From Alphaproteobacteria bacterium (GTDB taxonomy: Bacteria; Pseudomonadota; Alphaproteobacteria; UBA7887), in NCBI GenBank assembly GCA_965200095.1, contig OZ241350.1, positions 1,334,853 through 1,398,852 on the forward strand: a stretch of 64,000 bases of DNA, given 5' to 3'. A program made the position numbers and the translations under genes. Of this stretch, positions 25,408-36,800 are shown in pieces (the first letter of the stretch is position 1; each line of letters starts with the position of its first letter). Below the pieces are notes generated by a model. That model had not been told where the DNA came from and did no database searches. It saw nothing but the letters and a program-made list of their open reading frames with translations.

Positions 25408-26556
25408 ATGCCGAGAGCCGTCGAATACGAATTTGTCGACCTGGCCGGCGACGCGCCGCGCCGCGAAGCCGCGCCGGACCGTCCGGGCCGCATGGACCGG
25501 CGTTCGTTTCTCGCCGCGGCGACCGCGGTCGCCGGCGTGACCGCCATGTCGGGCGAAGCCTTCGCGCGCAATTTCGGTCCCGACGCCGAGCCGGTGCGCT
25601 ACCCCGAACCCGACGTGGTGCCGCTCGACAGCCGCTTCAAATACAAACTCGGCAACACGCCGATCATGCGGCTCCACCGCGGCACGCTGTGGGCCGAGGG
25701 GCCGGCGTGGAACGGCGTCGGGCGCTATCTGCTGTGGAGCGACATTCCCGAAAACGAGCAACTGCGCTGGATCGAGGAAGACGGCCACGTCTCGCGGCAG
25801 TTCCGCTATCCGTCGGGCAATTCCAACGGCAACACGTTCGACTTCACGGGCCGGCAGATCGCCTGCGAGCACGGCAACCGGCGCGTCGTCCGCTACGAAT
25901 ACGACGGGTCGATCACGGTGCTCGCCGACCGCATCGACGGCGGCGAGTTCAACGCCCCGAACGACGCCGTGGTGCACCCCGACGACGGCGCCGTCTGGTT
26001 CACCGACCCCGGCTACGGGTCGCTGATGAACTATGAGGGCCACCGCCTCGACACGGGGTCGCCGCAGCCGCTGCGCAAGGAAGCGGTCTATCGCATCGAC
26101 GCGCAGACGGGCGCAGTGGCGAAGGTGACGGACACGCCGTTCAAGCCCAACGGCCTGTGCTTCTCGCACGACTACAAGACGCTCTACGTCGCCGACACCG
26201 GCGCCTCGCACTATTCCGAGGCCGAGCCGAACATCTGGGCGTTCGATGTCGACGGCGCGCAGCTTGCGAACGAACGCGTGTTCACATCGATGGAAATGGA
26301 CGGCAAGAAGGGCTTCGCCGACGGCATCCGCTGCGACGAGGACGGCAATGTCTGGGCGTCGGCCGGCTGGGTCGGCGACGGTTACGACGGCGTTCACGTG
26401 TTCGCGCCGAACGGAGACCGCATCGGCCACATCCGCTTGCCGGAGATCTGCTCGAACGTTTGCTTCGGCGGCACCAAGCGCAACCGGCTGTTCATGACCG
26501 GCAGCCAGTCGCTCTACGCGGTCTATGTGGAGACCCGCGGCGCTCACATCACCTGA
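25408..26556 (+). CDS. SMP-30/gluconolactonase/LRE-family protein with a Tat signal
   Basis: Strong SD AGGGAGGA. '[15 protein letters not shown]' twin-arginine motif. '[12 protein letters not shown]' and 'AVWFTDP' beta-propeller signatures. Confidence 0.8.
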   Translation: MPRAVEYEFVDLAGDAPRREAAPDRPGRMDRRSFLAAATAVAGVTAMSGEAFARNFGPDAEPVRYPEPDVVPLDSRFKYKLGNTPIMRLHRGTLWAEGPAWNGVGRYLLWSDIPENEQLRWIEEDGHVSRQFRYPSGNSNGNTFDFTGRQIACEHGNRRVVRYEYDGSITVLADRIDGGEFNAPNDAVVHPDDGAVWFTDPGYGSLMNYEGHRLDTGSPQPLRKEAVYRIDAQTGAVAKVTDTPFKPNGLCFSHDYKTLYVADTGASHYSEAEPNIWAFDVDGAQLANERVFTSMEMDGKKGFADGIRCDEDGNVWASAGWVGDGYDGVHVFAPNGDRIGHIRLPEICSNVCFGGTKRNRLFMTGSQSLYAVYVETRGAHIT

Positions 26557-26695
26557 GCGGCGCGTTTCGTCGGAGGATGAAGCCGGCGCGCCGAAAAACC
26601 ACACCATCGGCGCGCCGGCGAATTCTCCGCCGATTGTACATGTTCCATAGCGTCGGGCGACGCCTCGCGTGGGTGGAGCAGCGGAGATCGATAGC

Positions 26696-26899
26696 ATGAA
26701 CATACTGAACACAATCAAACTGGCCTTTTGGAGTCCGGAGTTGCCGGAGGATCCGGAAAAGGCAAAGCGGGCGTCCGTCCGCCGTATCGTGAGCCGGTTG
26801 ACGCGCGGAAACGCTCGCCTGCGGCGGGGCCAGTACCTGACGAGGGAGGACCTGGAGCGGCAACGCGAGAGAGTTATTTCCTGCGATTTCACGGATTGA
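26696..26899 (+). CDS. Small hypothetical protein (67 aa) in a local low-GC patch, ending at the MITE boundary
   Basis: ATG-started ORF 'MNILNTIKLAFWSPELPEDPEKAKRASVRRIVSRL...'. GC is markedly lower than the surroundings. The stop overlaps the element TIR. Confidence 0.3.
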   Translation: MNILNTIKLAFWSPELPEDPEKAKRASVRRIVSRLTRGNARLRRGQYLTREDLERQRERVISCDFTD

Positions 26900-27617
26900 G
26901 ACCTCTGCATAACTCGTTTCGTCTATGGACAGGATCGCGTTCCCGGCGCTTTTGCGACGTTTCCGAACCCGCCGTCCGGGGTATGACAATGCGTGACGGA
27001 ATCGCGAACATCCGCCCCCTGCCCCGGTAATTCTCTCGTAAAGAGCGTGTGAAAAAATTGAAAAGCCCCGCTACTCTTCGTCATTCCCGCGAAAGAGCGT
27101 GTGAAAAAAGCCGAGAGACGCTACTACTCTTCGTCATTCCCGCGAAAGCGGGAATCTGCTTGCGGCGTTTCCGTAAGAAAAACCGCGCCGGTATTGCGGA
27201 CGTCCGCCTCCGGATTCCCGCTTTCGCGGGAATGACGAAGTACTATTCGATGGGTGTTGTCATTTACAATTCCGATACTTCGGCGAACCGGCCGTCACAA
27301 TGAGAGCCGACCAATTTTTCACACGCTCGAAAGCGAGAATCCGGAGGCGCTCGCCCACAATGTCGGCCCGGTTTTTCTTACGGAAACGCCGCAACAGATT
27401 CCCGCTTTCGCGGGAATGACGAGTATTTGTAAATCTGTCCGATTTCTTCACATGCTCTTCGCGGAACGAACATGTCCGCACAATGACAATTCGGCTCGAA
27501 TCGGGGCGCCCGGTCATCCCGTCGACGCCTCGCGACGCCGCCGGAAGTCGGGCCGAACAGGCAACCGCCGAGCCGCGCGACCGGACCCCGAAAAATCCGG
27601 GCCTTATGCAGAGGTCC
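26897..27617. mobile_element. MITE-like non-autonomous element (about 720 bp): TIR TGAGACCTCTGCATAA / TTATGCAGAGGTCC, flanked by a 5-bp direct repeat CGGAT, with internal REP units
   Basis: 13/15-bp perfect inverted termini. Flanks are ...cacGGAT|tgagacc and ggtcc|CGGATcgat. The interior shares the 5' and 3' modules with 18495..19793. Confidence 0.65.
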
Positions 27618-27653
27618 CGGATCGATCCCGCGTCCGGTCCCGATCGCCGCCCG

Positions 27654-28313
27654 TCACCGCGCCGGGGCGAGGCAGTCGCGCAGGAAGCGGGCGCCGATGG
27701 CGAGGCCGTCGGGGGCGATGCCGTGGCCGACGCCGCTGCTGACATGCCATTGCGCGGAGACGCCCGCGGCGCCGAGGGCGGCGACCGCCTCGTGCAGCGC
27801 GGCGATCGGCACCATGTCGTCGGCGTCGCCGTGAATCAGCATCGCCGGCGGACGCGCGACCGCTTCGTCCGCCAGCCGCGCGGCGCCGATCAGGCGGCCC
27901 GAATAACCGAGGACCCCGGCCGGCGCGCGCCGGCGCCGCAGGGCAACGTGAAGCGCCATCATCGTTCCCTGGCTGAAGCCGACCAGGACAAGCCGGTCGT
28001 CGCCCAGACGATCCGCGTCGAGAGCGCCGTCGATAAAGGCGTCGAGCGCCGGCGCGGCGCGTTCGACGCCGGCGCGCAGCGCCGCTTCGGAACGGTCGCG
28101 GACGGAAAACCATTGCCGCCCCATCGGCGCCATGTCGCATCGCTCGGGGGCATGGGGCGACAGGAAGCGACATTCGGGGAGCGCCCCGGCCCAGCTGTCG
28201 GCGAGGCCGATCAGGTCCTCGCCGTCGGCGCCGAGACCGTGCAGGAGGACGACCGCCGCCTGCGCCCGGCCGCCGGAAGCCGGGCCGCGCTCGGGCCCGC
28301 GCAATCGAATCAT
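27654..28313 (-). CDS. Alpha/beta hydrolase (phospholipase/carboxylesterase family)
   Basis: 'VVLLHGLGADGEDL', nucleophile elbow 'GFSQGTMMAL', 'IHGDADDMVP'. Confidence 0.8.
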   Translation of the reverse strand: MIRLRGPERGPASGGRAQAAVVLLHGLGADGEDLIGLADSWAGALPECRFLSPHAPERCDMAPMGRQWFSVRDRSEAALRAGVERAAPALDAFIDGALDADRLGDDRLVLVGFSQGTMMALHVALRRRRAPAGVLGYSGRLIGAARLADEAVARPPAMLIHGDADDMVPIAALHEAVAALGAAGVSAQWHVSSGVGHGIAPDGLAIGARFLRDCLAPAR

Positions 28314-28419
28314 TGTCTTCGGCCTTCGCTTCGGGTTATGCGGGGCCTCGCCGCGTCATGATCGCCGCGCGCCGCGGCGCGCGCAACCGTTCGCTCCGGG
28401 GCCCCGTATCTCCGTCGCC

Positions 28420-29268
28420 GTGACCGCCGTGAACTGCGTCACCCGCTTCGCGCCGAGCCCCACCGGGCTCATGCATCTGGGACACGCCTACGCTGCGCTG
28501 TTCGCGCGGTCCGAGGCGGCGCGCGCGAACGGGCGTTTCGTGCTGCGCATCGAGGACATCGACGGCGGCCGCTGTCGCCCCGAATTCGAAGAGGCGATCT
28601 TCGAGGACCTAACCTGGCTGGGGGTCGATTGGGACTCCGAAGTCCGCCGACAGTCCGCGCATATGGCCGACTACGCGGCGGCGCTTGCGGAGCTCGACCG
28701 GCTCGGCGCGATCTATCCGTGCTTTTGCAGCCGCGGCGCCATCCGCGCCGAGATCGAGCGCGCCGGCAAGGCGCCGCACGGGCCCGACGGCTTCCACTAT
28801 CCGGGCACATGCCGCGTCCTGAGCGCGGACGAACGACGCGCGCGCATCGCCGCCGGGGAGCCCCACGCCTGGCGTCTCGACGCCCTGCGCGCCGCCTCCG
28901 TCGCCGGCCCGCTTTTGTGGCGCGACCGCAAGGCGGGCGTGCAGCGCGTCAATGTCGCGGCCTTCGGCGACGTGGTGGTCGCCCGCAAGGACGTGCCGAC
29001 CAGCTATCACCTCGCGGTGACCGTCGACGACGCTCTCGCCGGGGTGACGCTGGTCACGCGCGGCAACGATCTGTTCGGCGCCAGCGCCGTTCATCGCCTG
29101 TTGCAGGCGCTGCTCGGCATCGACCCGCCGCTGTGGCATCACCACGCGCTCATCACCGACGCCAGCGGCGTGCGCCTGGCGAAGCGAAACCGCGCCATGA
29201 CCCTGCGCGCGCTGCGCCGGGCCGGGAAGTCGCCGGCCGAAGTGCGCGCCACGGTCGGGTTCGAATGA
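28420..29268 (+). CDS. gluQ: Glutamyl-Q tRNA(Asp) synthetase
   Basis: 'RFAPSPTGLMHLGHAYAAL', 'RIEDIDGGRCRPEFEEAIFEDLTWLGVDWD'. About 280 aa, a truncated GluRS catalytic domain. A GTG start is assumed. Confidence 0.8.
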   Translation: MTAVNCVTRFAPSPTGLMHLGHAYAALFARSEAARANGRFVLRIEDIDGGRCRPEFEEAIFEDLTWLGVDWDSEVRRQSAHMADYAAALAELDRLGAIYPCFCSRGAIRAEIERAGKAPHGPDGFHYPGTCRVLSADERRARIAAGEPHAWRLDALRAASVAGPLLWRDRKAGVQRVNVAAFGDVVVARKDVPTSYHLAVTVDDALAGVTLVTRGNDLFGASAVHRLLQALLGIDPPLWHHHALITDASGVRLAKRNRAMTLRALRRAGKSPAEVRATVGFE

Positions 29269-30926
29269 GCCGCGCCGCGCCCCTCGCCGGCCTCGCCGGT
29301 CTCTGCGCCGACGCGCTCGCCGCGGGCGAGACGCTTCTCGCGGCCGCCCGCGCGGCCGTCGCGCAGCGGGTTGCGGCGGAGGACGATGCCCCTGCGCGGG
29401 CGCTCGACCGCCATCAATTCGCGGCGCACGGTTTCGCCTGGCTGGCGACATATGTCGAGGCGCTGCGACAGATGGCGGCCTGGGCGGCGCGGCTCGACGA
29501 GAAGGGCGGGTTCGGGACCCTCGAAGCCCTGCTGCTGCAAGCCGCGTTCGGCGAATATCTGGCGCAGATCGAGGGCGGCGTCCCCATGAGCCAGGGCGAG
29601 ACCGCGCGCCCCGGCGACCTCGGCCTCGACATCGGCGCGGTATCGGCCTTCCGCACGCCTGCGGTGACGCGCCTCGCTACGGCGGGGAACACGGCGGCGG
29701 TCCGCGCCGCCATCGCCGCCCGAATCGCCGACGGCGCCTTCGGCGACACCGGAATCGACGACGAGACCCTGGTCGCGGTGCGCGACCAGGTGCGTCGTTT
29801 CGCCGACGAGCGCGTCGCGCCCGAAGCGCAGATCTGGCACCGCGAGGACCGCTTGATCCCCGACGACACCGTGGCCGAGATGGCCGCTCTGGGCATTTTC
29901 GGCCTCACCCTGCCCGTCGAACATGGCGGTTCGGGGATGGGCAAGACGGCGATGTGCGTCGCCACCGAGGAACTGTGCCGGGCGTCGCTCGGCGCGGGGT
30001 CGCTGGCGACCCGTTCGGAGATTGCGGGCGAGCTCGTGCGGCTGCACGGCACGGCGGCGCAGCGCGCGCGCTGGCTGGAGCCCATCGCTTCGGGCGCGGC
30101 GTTGCCGGCCGCGGTCTTCACCGAACCGGGCGCGGGTTCGGACCTGGGCGCGGTGAGGACGCGGGCGGTGCGCGACGGCGCGGTGTGGCGCATTACCGGC
30201 GCCAAGACGTGGTCGACCCACGCCGCGCGCGCCGATGTCATGACCTTGCTGGCGCGCACCGACCCCGACATGCCCGGCCCCGGCGGTCTGTCGATGTTTC
30301 TGGCGCCGAAACCGCGCGGGACCGACGCCGATCCCTTTCCCGCGCCCGGGATGTCGGGCGGCGAGATCCGCGTCCTCGGCTACCGCGGCATGAAAGAATA
30401 CGAGGTCGCGTTCGACGGGTTCGAGGTCCCGGCGGGCGGTCTCCTCGGCGAGCGGCCCGGCGCAGGCTTTCGGCAATTGATGGGGACGTTCGAGGCCGCG
30501 CGTATCCAGACGGCGGCGCGGGCGGTCGGAGTCGCCCGGAGCGCGCTGGAGCTGGGTCTGGACTACGCGCGCGGTCGCCGCCAGTTCGGTCGTGCGATCT
30601 ACGACTTCCCCCGCGTCCACGGCAAACTTGCGTGGATGGCCGTCGAATGCATGGCGGCGCGGCAGCTGACGTGGTTCGCGGCGCGCGAGAAGGACGCGGG
30701 GCGGCGCTGCGACCTCGAGGCCGGAATGGCCAAATTGCTGGCCGCGCGGGTCGCCTGGGCCGCCGCCGACAACGCGGTGCAGATCCACGGCGGCAACGGC
30801 TACGCCGAGGAATATCCCGTAAGCCGCGTGCTGGTCGACGCGCGGATACTCAACATTTTCGAGGGCGCGGCGGAAGTCCAGGCGACCATCGTCGCGCGTC
30901 GCCTCCTCGCGCCGGAGCGCGGCTAA
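29265..30926 (+). CDS. Acyl-CoA dehydrogenase family protein with a long N-terminal extension
   Basis: ATGA overlap with gluQ. 'LGIFGLTLPVEHGGSGMG', 'AVFTEPGAGSDLGAVRTRA', 'ENAVQIHGGNGYAEEYPVSRVLVDARILNIFEGAAEVQ'. Confidence 0.8.
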   Translation: MSRAAPLAGLAGLCADALAAGETLLAAARAAVAQRVAAEDDAPARALDRHQFAAHGFAWLATYVEALRQMAAWAARLDEKGGFGTLEALLLQAAFGEYLAQIEGGVPMSQGETARPGDLGLDIGAVSAFRTPAVTRLATAGNTAAVRAAIAARIADGAFGDTGIDDETLVAVRDQVRRFADERVAPEAQIWHREDRLIPDDTVAEMAALGIFGLTLPVEHGGSGMGKTAMCVATEELCRASLGAGSLATRSEIAGELVRLHGTAAQRARWLEPIASGAALPAAVFTEPGAGSDLGAVRTRAVRDGAVWRITGAKTWSTHAARADVMTLLARTDPDMPGPGGLSMFLAPKPRGTDADPFPAPGMSGGEIRVLGYRGMKEYEVAFDGFEVPAGGLLGERPGAGFRQLMGTFEAARIQTAARAVGVARSALELGLDYARGRRQFGRAIYDFPRVHGKLAWMAVECMAARQLTWFAAREKDAGRRCDLEAGMAKLLAARVAWAAADNAVQIHGGNGYAEEYPVSRVLVDARILNIFEGAAEVQATIVARRLLAPERG

Positions 30927-30939
30927 ACCCGGTCCCGGC

Positions 30940-32250
30940 CGGATTCGACTGCCGGGGAGATATTGAAGAAATCGGACGGCTCTCATCGTGACGGACGGAT
31001 CGGCGAAGTATCGGCATTGTAAAAGACAATACCCATCGAATAATACTTCGTCGTTCCCGCTTTCGAGCGTGTGAAGAAATCGAGAGACGCTACTATTCTT
31101 CGTCATTCCCGCGAAAGAGCGTGCGAAGAAATCGAATGGCGTTACAAATACTCGTCATTCCCGCGAAAGCGGGAATCCAGCGCGGCGTTTCCGCAAGAAA
31201 AAGGCGGATTAGTCTTTCGGGCGGCCGCTCCGGATTCCCGCTTTCGCGGGAATGACGAAGTACTATTCGGCAGTTATTGTCTTTTACAATGCCGATACCT
31301 CTGCGATCCGTCCGTCACGATGAGAGCCGTCCGATTTTTTCACACGCTCTTTCGCGGGAATCTGCTTGCAGCGTTTCCGTAAGAAAAAACCGGGCCGATA
31401 TAGCGGGCGGCCGTCTCCGGATTCCCGCTTTCGAGCGTGTGAGGAAATCGAGAGGCGCTACTACTCTTCGTCATTCCCGCGAAAGCGGGAATCCGCCTGC
31501 GCCGTTCCCACAAGGAAAACCGCGCCGATATTGCGGACGGCCGCCTCCGGATTCCCGCCTTCGCGGGAATGACGAAGTATTATTCGGCGGGGACTGTCTT
31601 TTTACAATGCCGATACCTCTGCGATCCGTCCGTCACGATGAGAGCCGTCCGATTTTTTCACACGCTCGAAAGCGGGAATCCGTTGCAGCGTTTCCGAAAA
31701 GAAAATGTTCCGATATTGCGGACGATCGCTTCCGGATTCCCGCTTTCGAGCGTGTGAAGAAATCGAACGGCGTTACAAACACTCGTCATTCCCGCGAAAG
31801 CGGGAATCTCTTTGCGGCGTTTCCGTAAGAAAAACCGGGCCGACATTGCGGGCGGCGCCCCCGGATTCCCGCTTTCGCGGGAATGACGAAGTATTATTCG
31901 GTGGTATTGTCTTTACAGTGCCGACACCTCGGCGATCCGTACGTCACGATGAAAGCCGCCCGATTTCCTCACACGCTCGAAAGCGGGAATCCGGAGGCGG
32001 TCGCCCGCAATGTCGGCCCGGTTTTATTACGGAAACGCCGCAACAGATTCCCGCTTTCGCGGGAATGACGAGTATTTGTAAGGCCGTCCGATTTCTTCAC
32101 ACGCTCTTTCGCGGGAATGACGAAGTACTATTCGGCGGTTATTGTCTTTTACAATGCCGTTACTTCGGCGATCCGGCTGTCATGATCGGAGACGCCCGAT
32201 TTCGTCGCACGCTCTTTCGCGGGAATGACGAGGATTGGTGCGGTCTCTCG
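30940..32250. repeat. Largest array of the REP-like palindromic units (>12 units) with no recognisable MITE termini
   Basis: Alternating 'cgtcattcccgcgaaagcgggaatc' / 'ggattcccgctttcgcgggaatgacg' units with ~55-nt and ~80-nt spacer modules. The internal ORFs are artefacts. Confidence 0.75.
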
Positions 32251-32488
32251 ATTTTTTCGCACGCTCGGAAGCGTGGCTCCAGGTTGCGCGGCAAGGCGGT
32301 CGGAACGGGCGGACGCAGCGGCGATGAACGCGCCTCCGGCGGCTATCGGCGCAACTGTCGCGCCGGGCGGACCGGGCGTTCGCCGCAAGACCCGGGAGCG
32401 GCTCGCCTCCATCGTGCGTCGCACGCGGGCGATCGTCCCTGTCCCCGCCCGAATCGGGCAAACGGACGACTACGAACCCGGATCGCTA

Positions 32489-33283
32489 TCAGCGTCCGCT
32501 GAAGACCGGCGCACGCTTGGCGACGAAAGCCGCCGCCGCTTCCTTGTGGTCTTCGGTCATGCCGCAGCGCGTATGGTGCATCGCCTCCTGGTCGAGACAG
32601 GCGGACAGCGGCTGATATTCCGCCGCGTTCATGTTGCGCTTCATGTAGCCGAGCGCGATGGCGGGACCGTTGGCAAGGGCCCTTGCGGTCCCGCCCACGG
32701 CGTCCGCGAAGGCGTCCTGCGCCACCGCGCGGTTGACGAGGCCGACCTCTTGCGCCTCGGCGCCGGTGAGCACCGGCGCCAGGTAATAGAGCTCGCGCGC
32801 CTTCGCCGTGCCGACGATCTTCGAAAGGAACCAGCTGCCGCCGAAATCGCCCGAATAGGCAACGCGGGCGAACGCCGTCGTGATCTTCGCCGTGTCGACG
32901 GCGATGCGCAGGTCGCAGGCCAGCGCGAGCGAAAGCCCCGCCCCCGCCGCCGCGCCGGGGATCGCCGCGAGAGTCGGCTTCGGCATCTCGTGCAGCAGCC
33001 GCGCCGTCTCCATGGACCGGCGCAGCGCGCGGACCTTGCCCTCCAGCCCGGTCTCCGCGAACTCGGTCCCCTCGGCCATCGCCTTCACATCGCCGCCGGC
33101 GCAGAAGGCGCCGCCCGCCCCGGTCAGCACCACCGCCCCCACCGCCGGGTCGTTCGCGAACCGGTCGAGACAGGTGAGCATCGAGTCGAGCATCGCCGGC
33201 GACATGGCGTTGCGCCGGTCGGGCCGGTTCATGGTCAAGGTGGCCACGCGGCCCTCGACGGCGACGAGCAGGTCCTGGGTCAT
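32489..33283 (-). CDS. Enoyl-CoA hydratase/isomerase family protein
   Basis: Start at 'MTQDLLVAVEGRVATLTMNRPDRRNAM' with SD AAGGAAAG. 'VVLTGAGGAFCAGGDVKAM'. Confidence 0.85.
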   Translation of the reverse strand: MTQDLLVAVEGRVATLTMNRPDRRNAMSPAMLDSMLTCLDRFANDPAVGAVVLTGAGGAFCAGGDVKAMAEGTEFAETGLEGKVRALRRSMETARLLHEMPKPTLAAIPGAAAGAGLSLALACDLRIAVDTAKITTAFARVAYSGDFGGSWFLSKIVGTAKARELYYLAPVLTGAEAQEVGLVNRAVAQDAFADAVGGTARALANGPAIALGYMKRNMNAAEYQPLSACLDQEAMHHTRCGMTEDHKEAAAAFVAKRAPVFSGR

Positions 33284-33896
33284 GGCGCTTTCCTTCGCGT
33301 CGTTCGCCGCCGCGCGGCGGCCGGCGGAACGGACTCCTATACACCGCCGCTGCCGACGGGGCGAGAACGGGGGACGGTAACCGGCAATTCTCGTTTCGGC
33401 CCGCAAGAACCGTTTCGAGGCCGCGCGCCGTCCCGGCCGCGAGCGTCCGGCGAAGCCTCCGGTCTTGCCTCTACATTGCGGCGCTCCTGCGGTCGTTCCC
33501 GGGAGCGATGTCCATCGCCATAACGAGAACCGACGCGCGCCGCTATTCGAAAGTCGGGGGCGGGCGCAGCAAGATCGGCGTCCGGGGCGGCACGAGGGTC
33601 TCCGTCCTCGCTCCCGGCGCCAGCAGAAGTTCCTTCAGCCTGGAGCGCGGCCGCAACCGTTGCCGGGGCTCGGTCGGAACCGGCGCGGCCGTCTCCTCGC
33701 CGCGCCGCCCCGCGGCTTCTGCGTCGGTCCCGACGATGCGCGGGTCCCGTGTCATGGCGCGCCTCCCTTGTGTCGTTCTCCGCCGCGCGGTGGCCGGCAG
33801 GACCCGCCTTCTATACACTGACGCCTTCCGGGGCGCCAGAACGCTCCCCCCTTTCCGCGCGGTTCCGGCCGCCCGTACGACGTGAGGACTCCCGAT

Positions 33897-36800
33897 ATGG
33901 ACGGCGGCGCGTTGCAGAAGGTCTCCCTCGACGACAAATACACGCTGGACTCGGGCCGGGTGTTCATTTCCGGCGTGCAGGCGCTGGTGCGGCTGCCGTT
34001 GATGCAGCGCGCCCGCGACCGCGCCCGGGGGCTGAACACGGCGGGATTCATATCCGGCTATCGCGGCTCGCCGCTCGGCGGCTACGACGCCGCGCTGTGG
34101 CAGGCGGCGCGCCGCCTCGAAGCCGGCGACATCCTGTTCCGCCCCGGGATCAACGAAGACCTCGCGATGGCGGCCGTGTGGGGAACGCAACAGCTCGACT
34201 TCGTGCCGGGGCGCAAGGTCGATGGCGTGTTCGCCATCTGGTACGGCAAGGGGCCCGGCGTCGACCGCACCGGCGACGCTTTCAAGCACGCCAATTTCGC
34301 CGGCAGTCACCCGAACGGCGGGGTGCTCGTGGTCTGCGGCGACGACCATACGGGCAAGTCGTCGTCGATGGGGCACCAGTCGGACCAGGCGATGATCGCC
34401 GCCAACATCCCCCTGCTCTACCCCGCAAGCGTTCAGGACTATCTCGATTTCGGTCTCCACGGCTTCGCCCTGTCGCGTTTCGCCGGCACGCTGGCGGGTT
34501 TCAAGACGGTGAACGAGACGGTGACGGCGACGGCGACCGTGTCGGTCGATCCGTCGCGCGTCTCGATAGTCCTGCCGAAGGACGCGCCGGAGGCGCCGGA
34601 AGGGGTGCACATCCGCCCGGAATACGACCCGCAGGGCCAGGACAACCGGGTGGTGCGCTACAAATTGCCGCGGGCGCAAGCCTATGTCCGCGCCAACCGC
34701 CTCGACGGGCCGGTCTTCGGGGCGGAGCGCCCGACGCGGCTCGGCATCGTCACCGCCGGCAAGGCGGTCCTCGACACCCTGGCGGGGCTGCGTCTGCTCG
34801 GCATCGACGAGGCGATGGCGCGCGCCCTGGGCGTCGGCGTCTACAAGGCGGCGCTGGTATGGCCGCTGGAGCCCGAAGGGTTGGCCGCCTTCGCCGCCGA
34901 CTGCGCCGAACTGCTGTTCGTCGAAGAAAAGCGCCCGGTCATGGAGGATCAGGCGAAGGCGCTGTTCTACAACCGCGAGCCGCGCCCCGCCATCGTCGGC
35001 AAGCGCGACGGTGCGGGGCGGGCGTTGCTGCCGTCGGACGAGCCGATCGAGGCGGCGATGGCGGCGGCGGCGATCGGCGACCGCCTGGAGACCGCCGGAG
35101 TGCTGGATTCGGCGCGCGTCGAACGGCTCGCGGCGTTGCGCGCGCGGCTGGGGCGCAACCTCCCGGCGCTGTCGGGCGGAATCGAGCGCTCGCCCTTCTT
35201 CTGTTCGGGCTGCCCCCACAATACCTCGACGAAAGTGCCCGAAGGGTCGCTGGCGATGGCGGGGATCGGCTGCCACGGCATGGCGCTGCTGGTCCCCGAA
35301 CGCAACACCCTGCCGGTCCCGCATATGGGCGCCGAAGGCGTGCCCTGGACGGGCATGGCCCCGTTCACCGAAACCCCGCACATCTTCCAGAACCTCGGCG
35401 ACGGGACATACGTCCATTCGGGTTCGCTCGGCATCCGCGCGGCCGTGCAATCGGGCGCCAACGTCACCTACAAGATCCTCTACAACGACGCGGTGGCGAT
35501 GACCGGGGGCCAGCCCGTGGAGGGCGCGCCGAGCGTCGGAGTCATCGCCCGGCAGCTGCTCGACGAGGGCGTGCGCACGGTAGTCGTGGTCTCCGACGAC
35601 CCCGGCAAGTTCGAGGGCCTGTCGGACCTGCCCGCCGGAGTGCGGGTGCGCCACCGCGACGCGCTTGACGAGGTTCAGAGGGACCTGCGCCCGGTTCCCG
35701 GCGTGACGGCGATCGTCTACGAGCAGACCTGCGCGGCGGAGAAGCGCCGGCGACGCAAGCGCGGCGCCTTTCCCGACCCGCAAAGGCGCGTGTTCATCGA
35801 CCCGCTGGTGTGCGAGGGCTGCGGCGACTGTTCGACGCAGGCCAATTGCGTCTCGATCCACCCGCTGGAGACCGAGTTCGGACGCAAGCGGCGCATCGAT
35901 CAGTCCAGCTGCAACAAGGATTATTCCTGCCTCAAGGGCTTCTGTCCGAGTTTCGTCACCGTGGTCGGCGGCGGCCCGCGCAAGCCCGCGCCGGCCGCCG
36001 TGCCGGCCGACGCCTTCGATTCGCTGCCCGACCCGACTCTCCCCGCCGCCGACCCCGAATGGGATGTGCTCATCGCCGGCGTCGGCGGCACGGGGGTGAT
36101 CACCGTCGGCGCGGTGCTGGGGATGGCGGCGCATATCGAAGGCAAGGGCGCCTCGGTCTTCGACATGACCGGGCTGAGCCAGAAGAACGGCGCGGTCTAC
36201 AGCCATCTCAAGATCGCCGCCGACCCGGAGACGCAACCGGCGGCGGGCATCGGCCTCGGCGAGGCCGACCTGCTTCTGGGCTGCGACATCGTGGCGGCGA
36301 CCGCGCCGGTCGCCGTGCGCGCCCTCGAGCCCGGACGGACTCTCGCGGTGCTGAACACCACGGTCACGCCGCCGCCGGGGTTCCAGCTCGACGCCGACAT
36401 GAAACTCGACGGCGGCTTCCTGGCGCGCGGCCTGGCGGAGCATGTCGGCGACGAGCGCGCGCGGCCGGTGGAAGCGACCCGTATCGCCCTGGCGCTGACC
36501 GGCGACACCATCGGCGCCAACACCTTCATGGTCGGGCACGCCTTCCAGTCGGGCGGGCTGCCGCTGTCGGCGGCGAGCATCGAGGAGGCCATCGGGATCA
36601 ACGGCGTCGCCGTGGCGTTCAACATCGGCGCCTTTCGCCTCGGCAGGCTCGCGGCGCACGACCCCGACGCGGTCCGCGCCCTGATGCCGCGCGCGGGCGC
36701 CGGCGATGCGGACGGCGCCGCCGCGCACGACCTCGAGGCCATGGTGGCGCGCCGCGCCGCCTTTCTCGCCGCCTGGCAGAACGAAGCTTACGCCGAACGC

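Noticed and set aside
26575-26612. Perfect 13-bp inverted repeat GCCGGCGCGCCGA...CGGCGCGCCGGC after the gluconolactonase gene as a terminator
   Set aside because: No T-run follows and it is about 20 nt from the stop, so it is listed only as a possible stem. It may still stabilise the 3' end.
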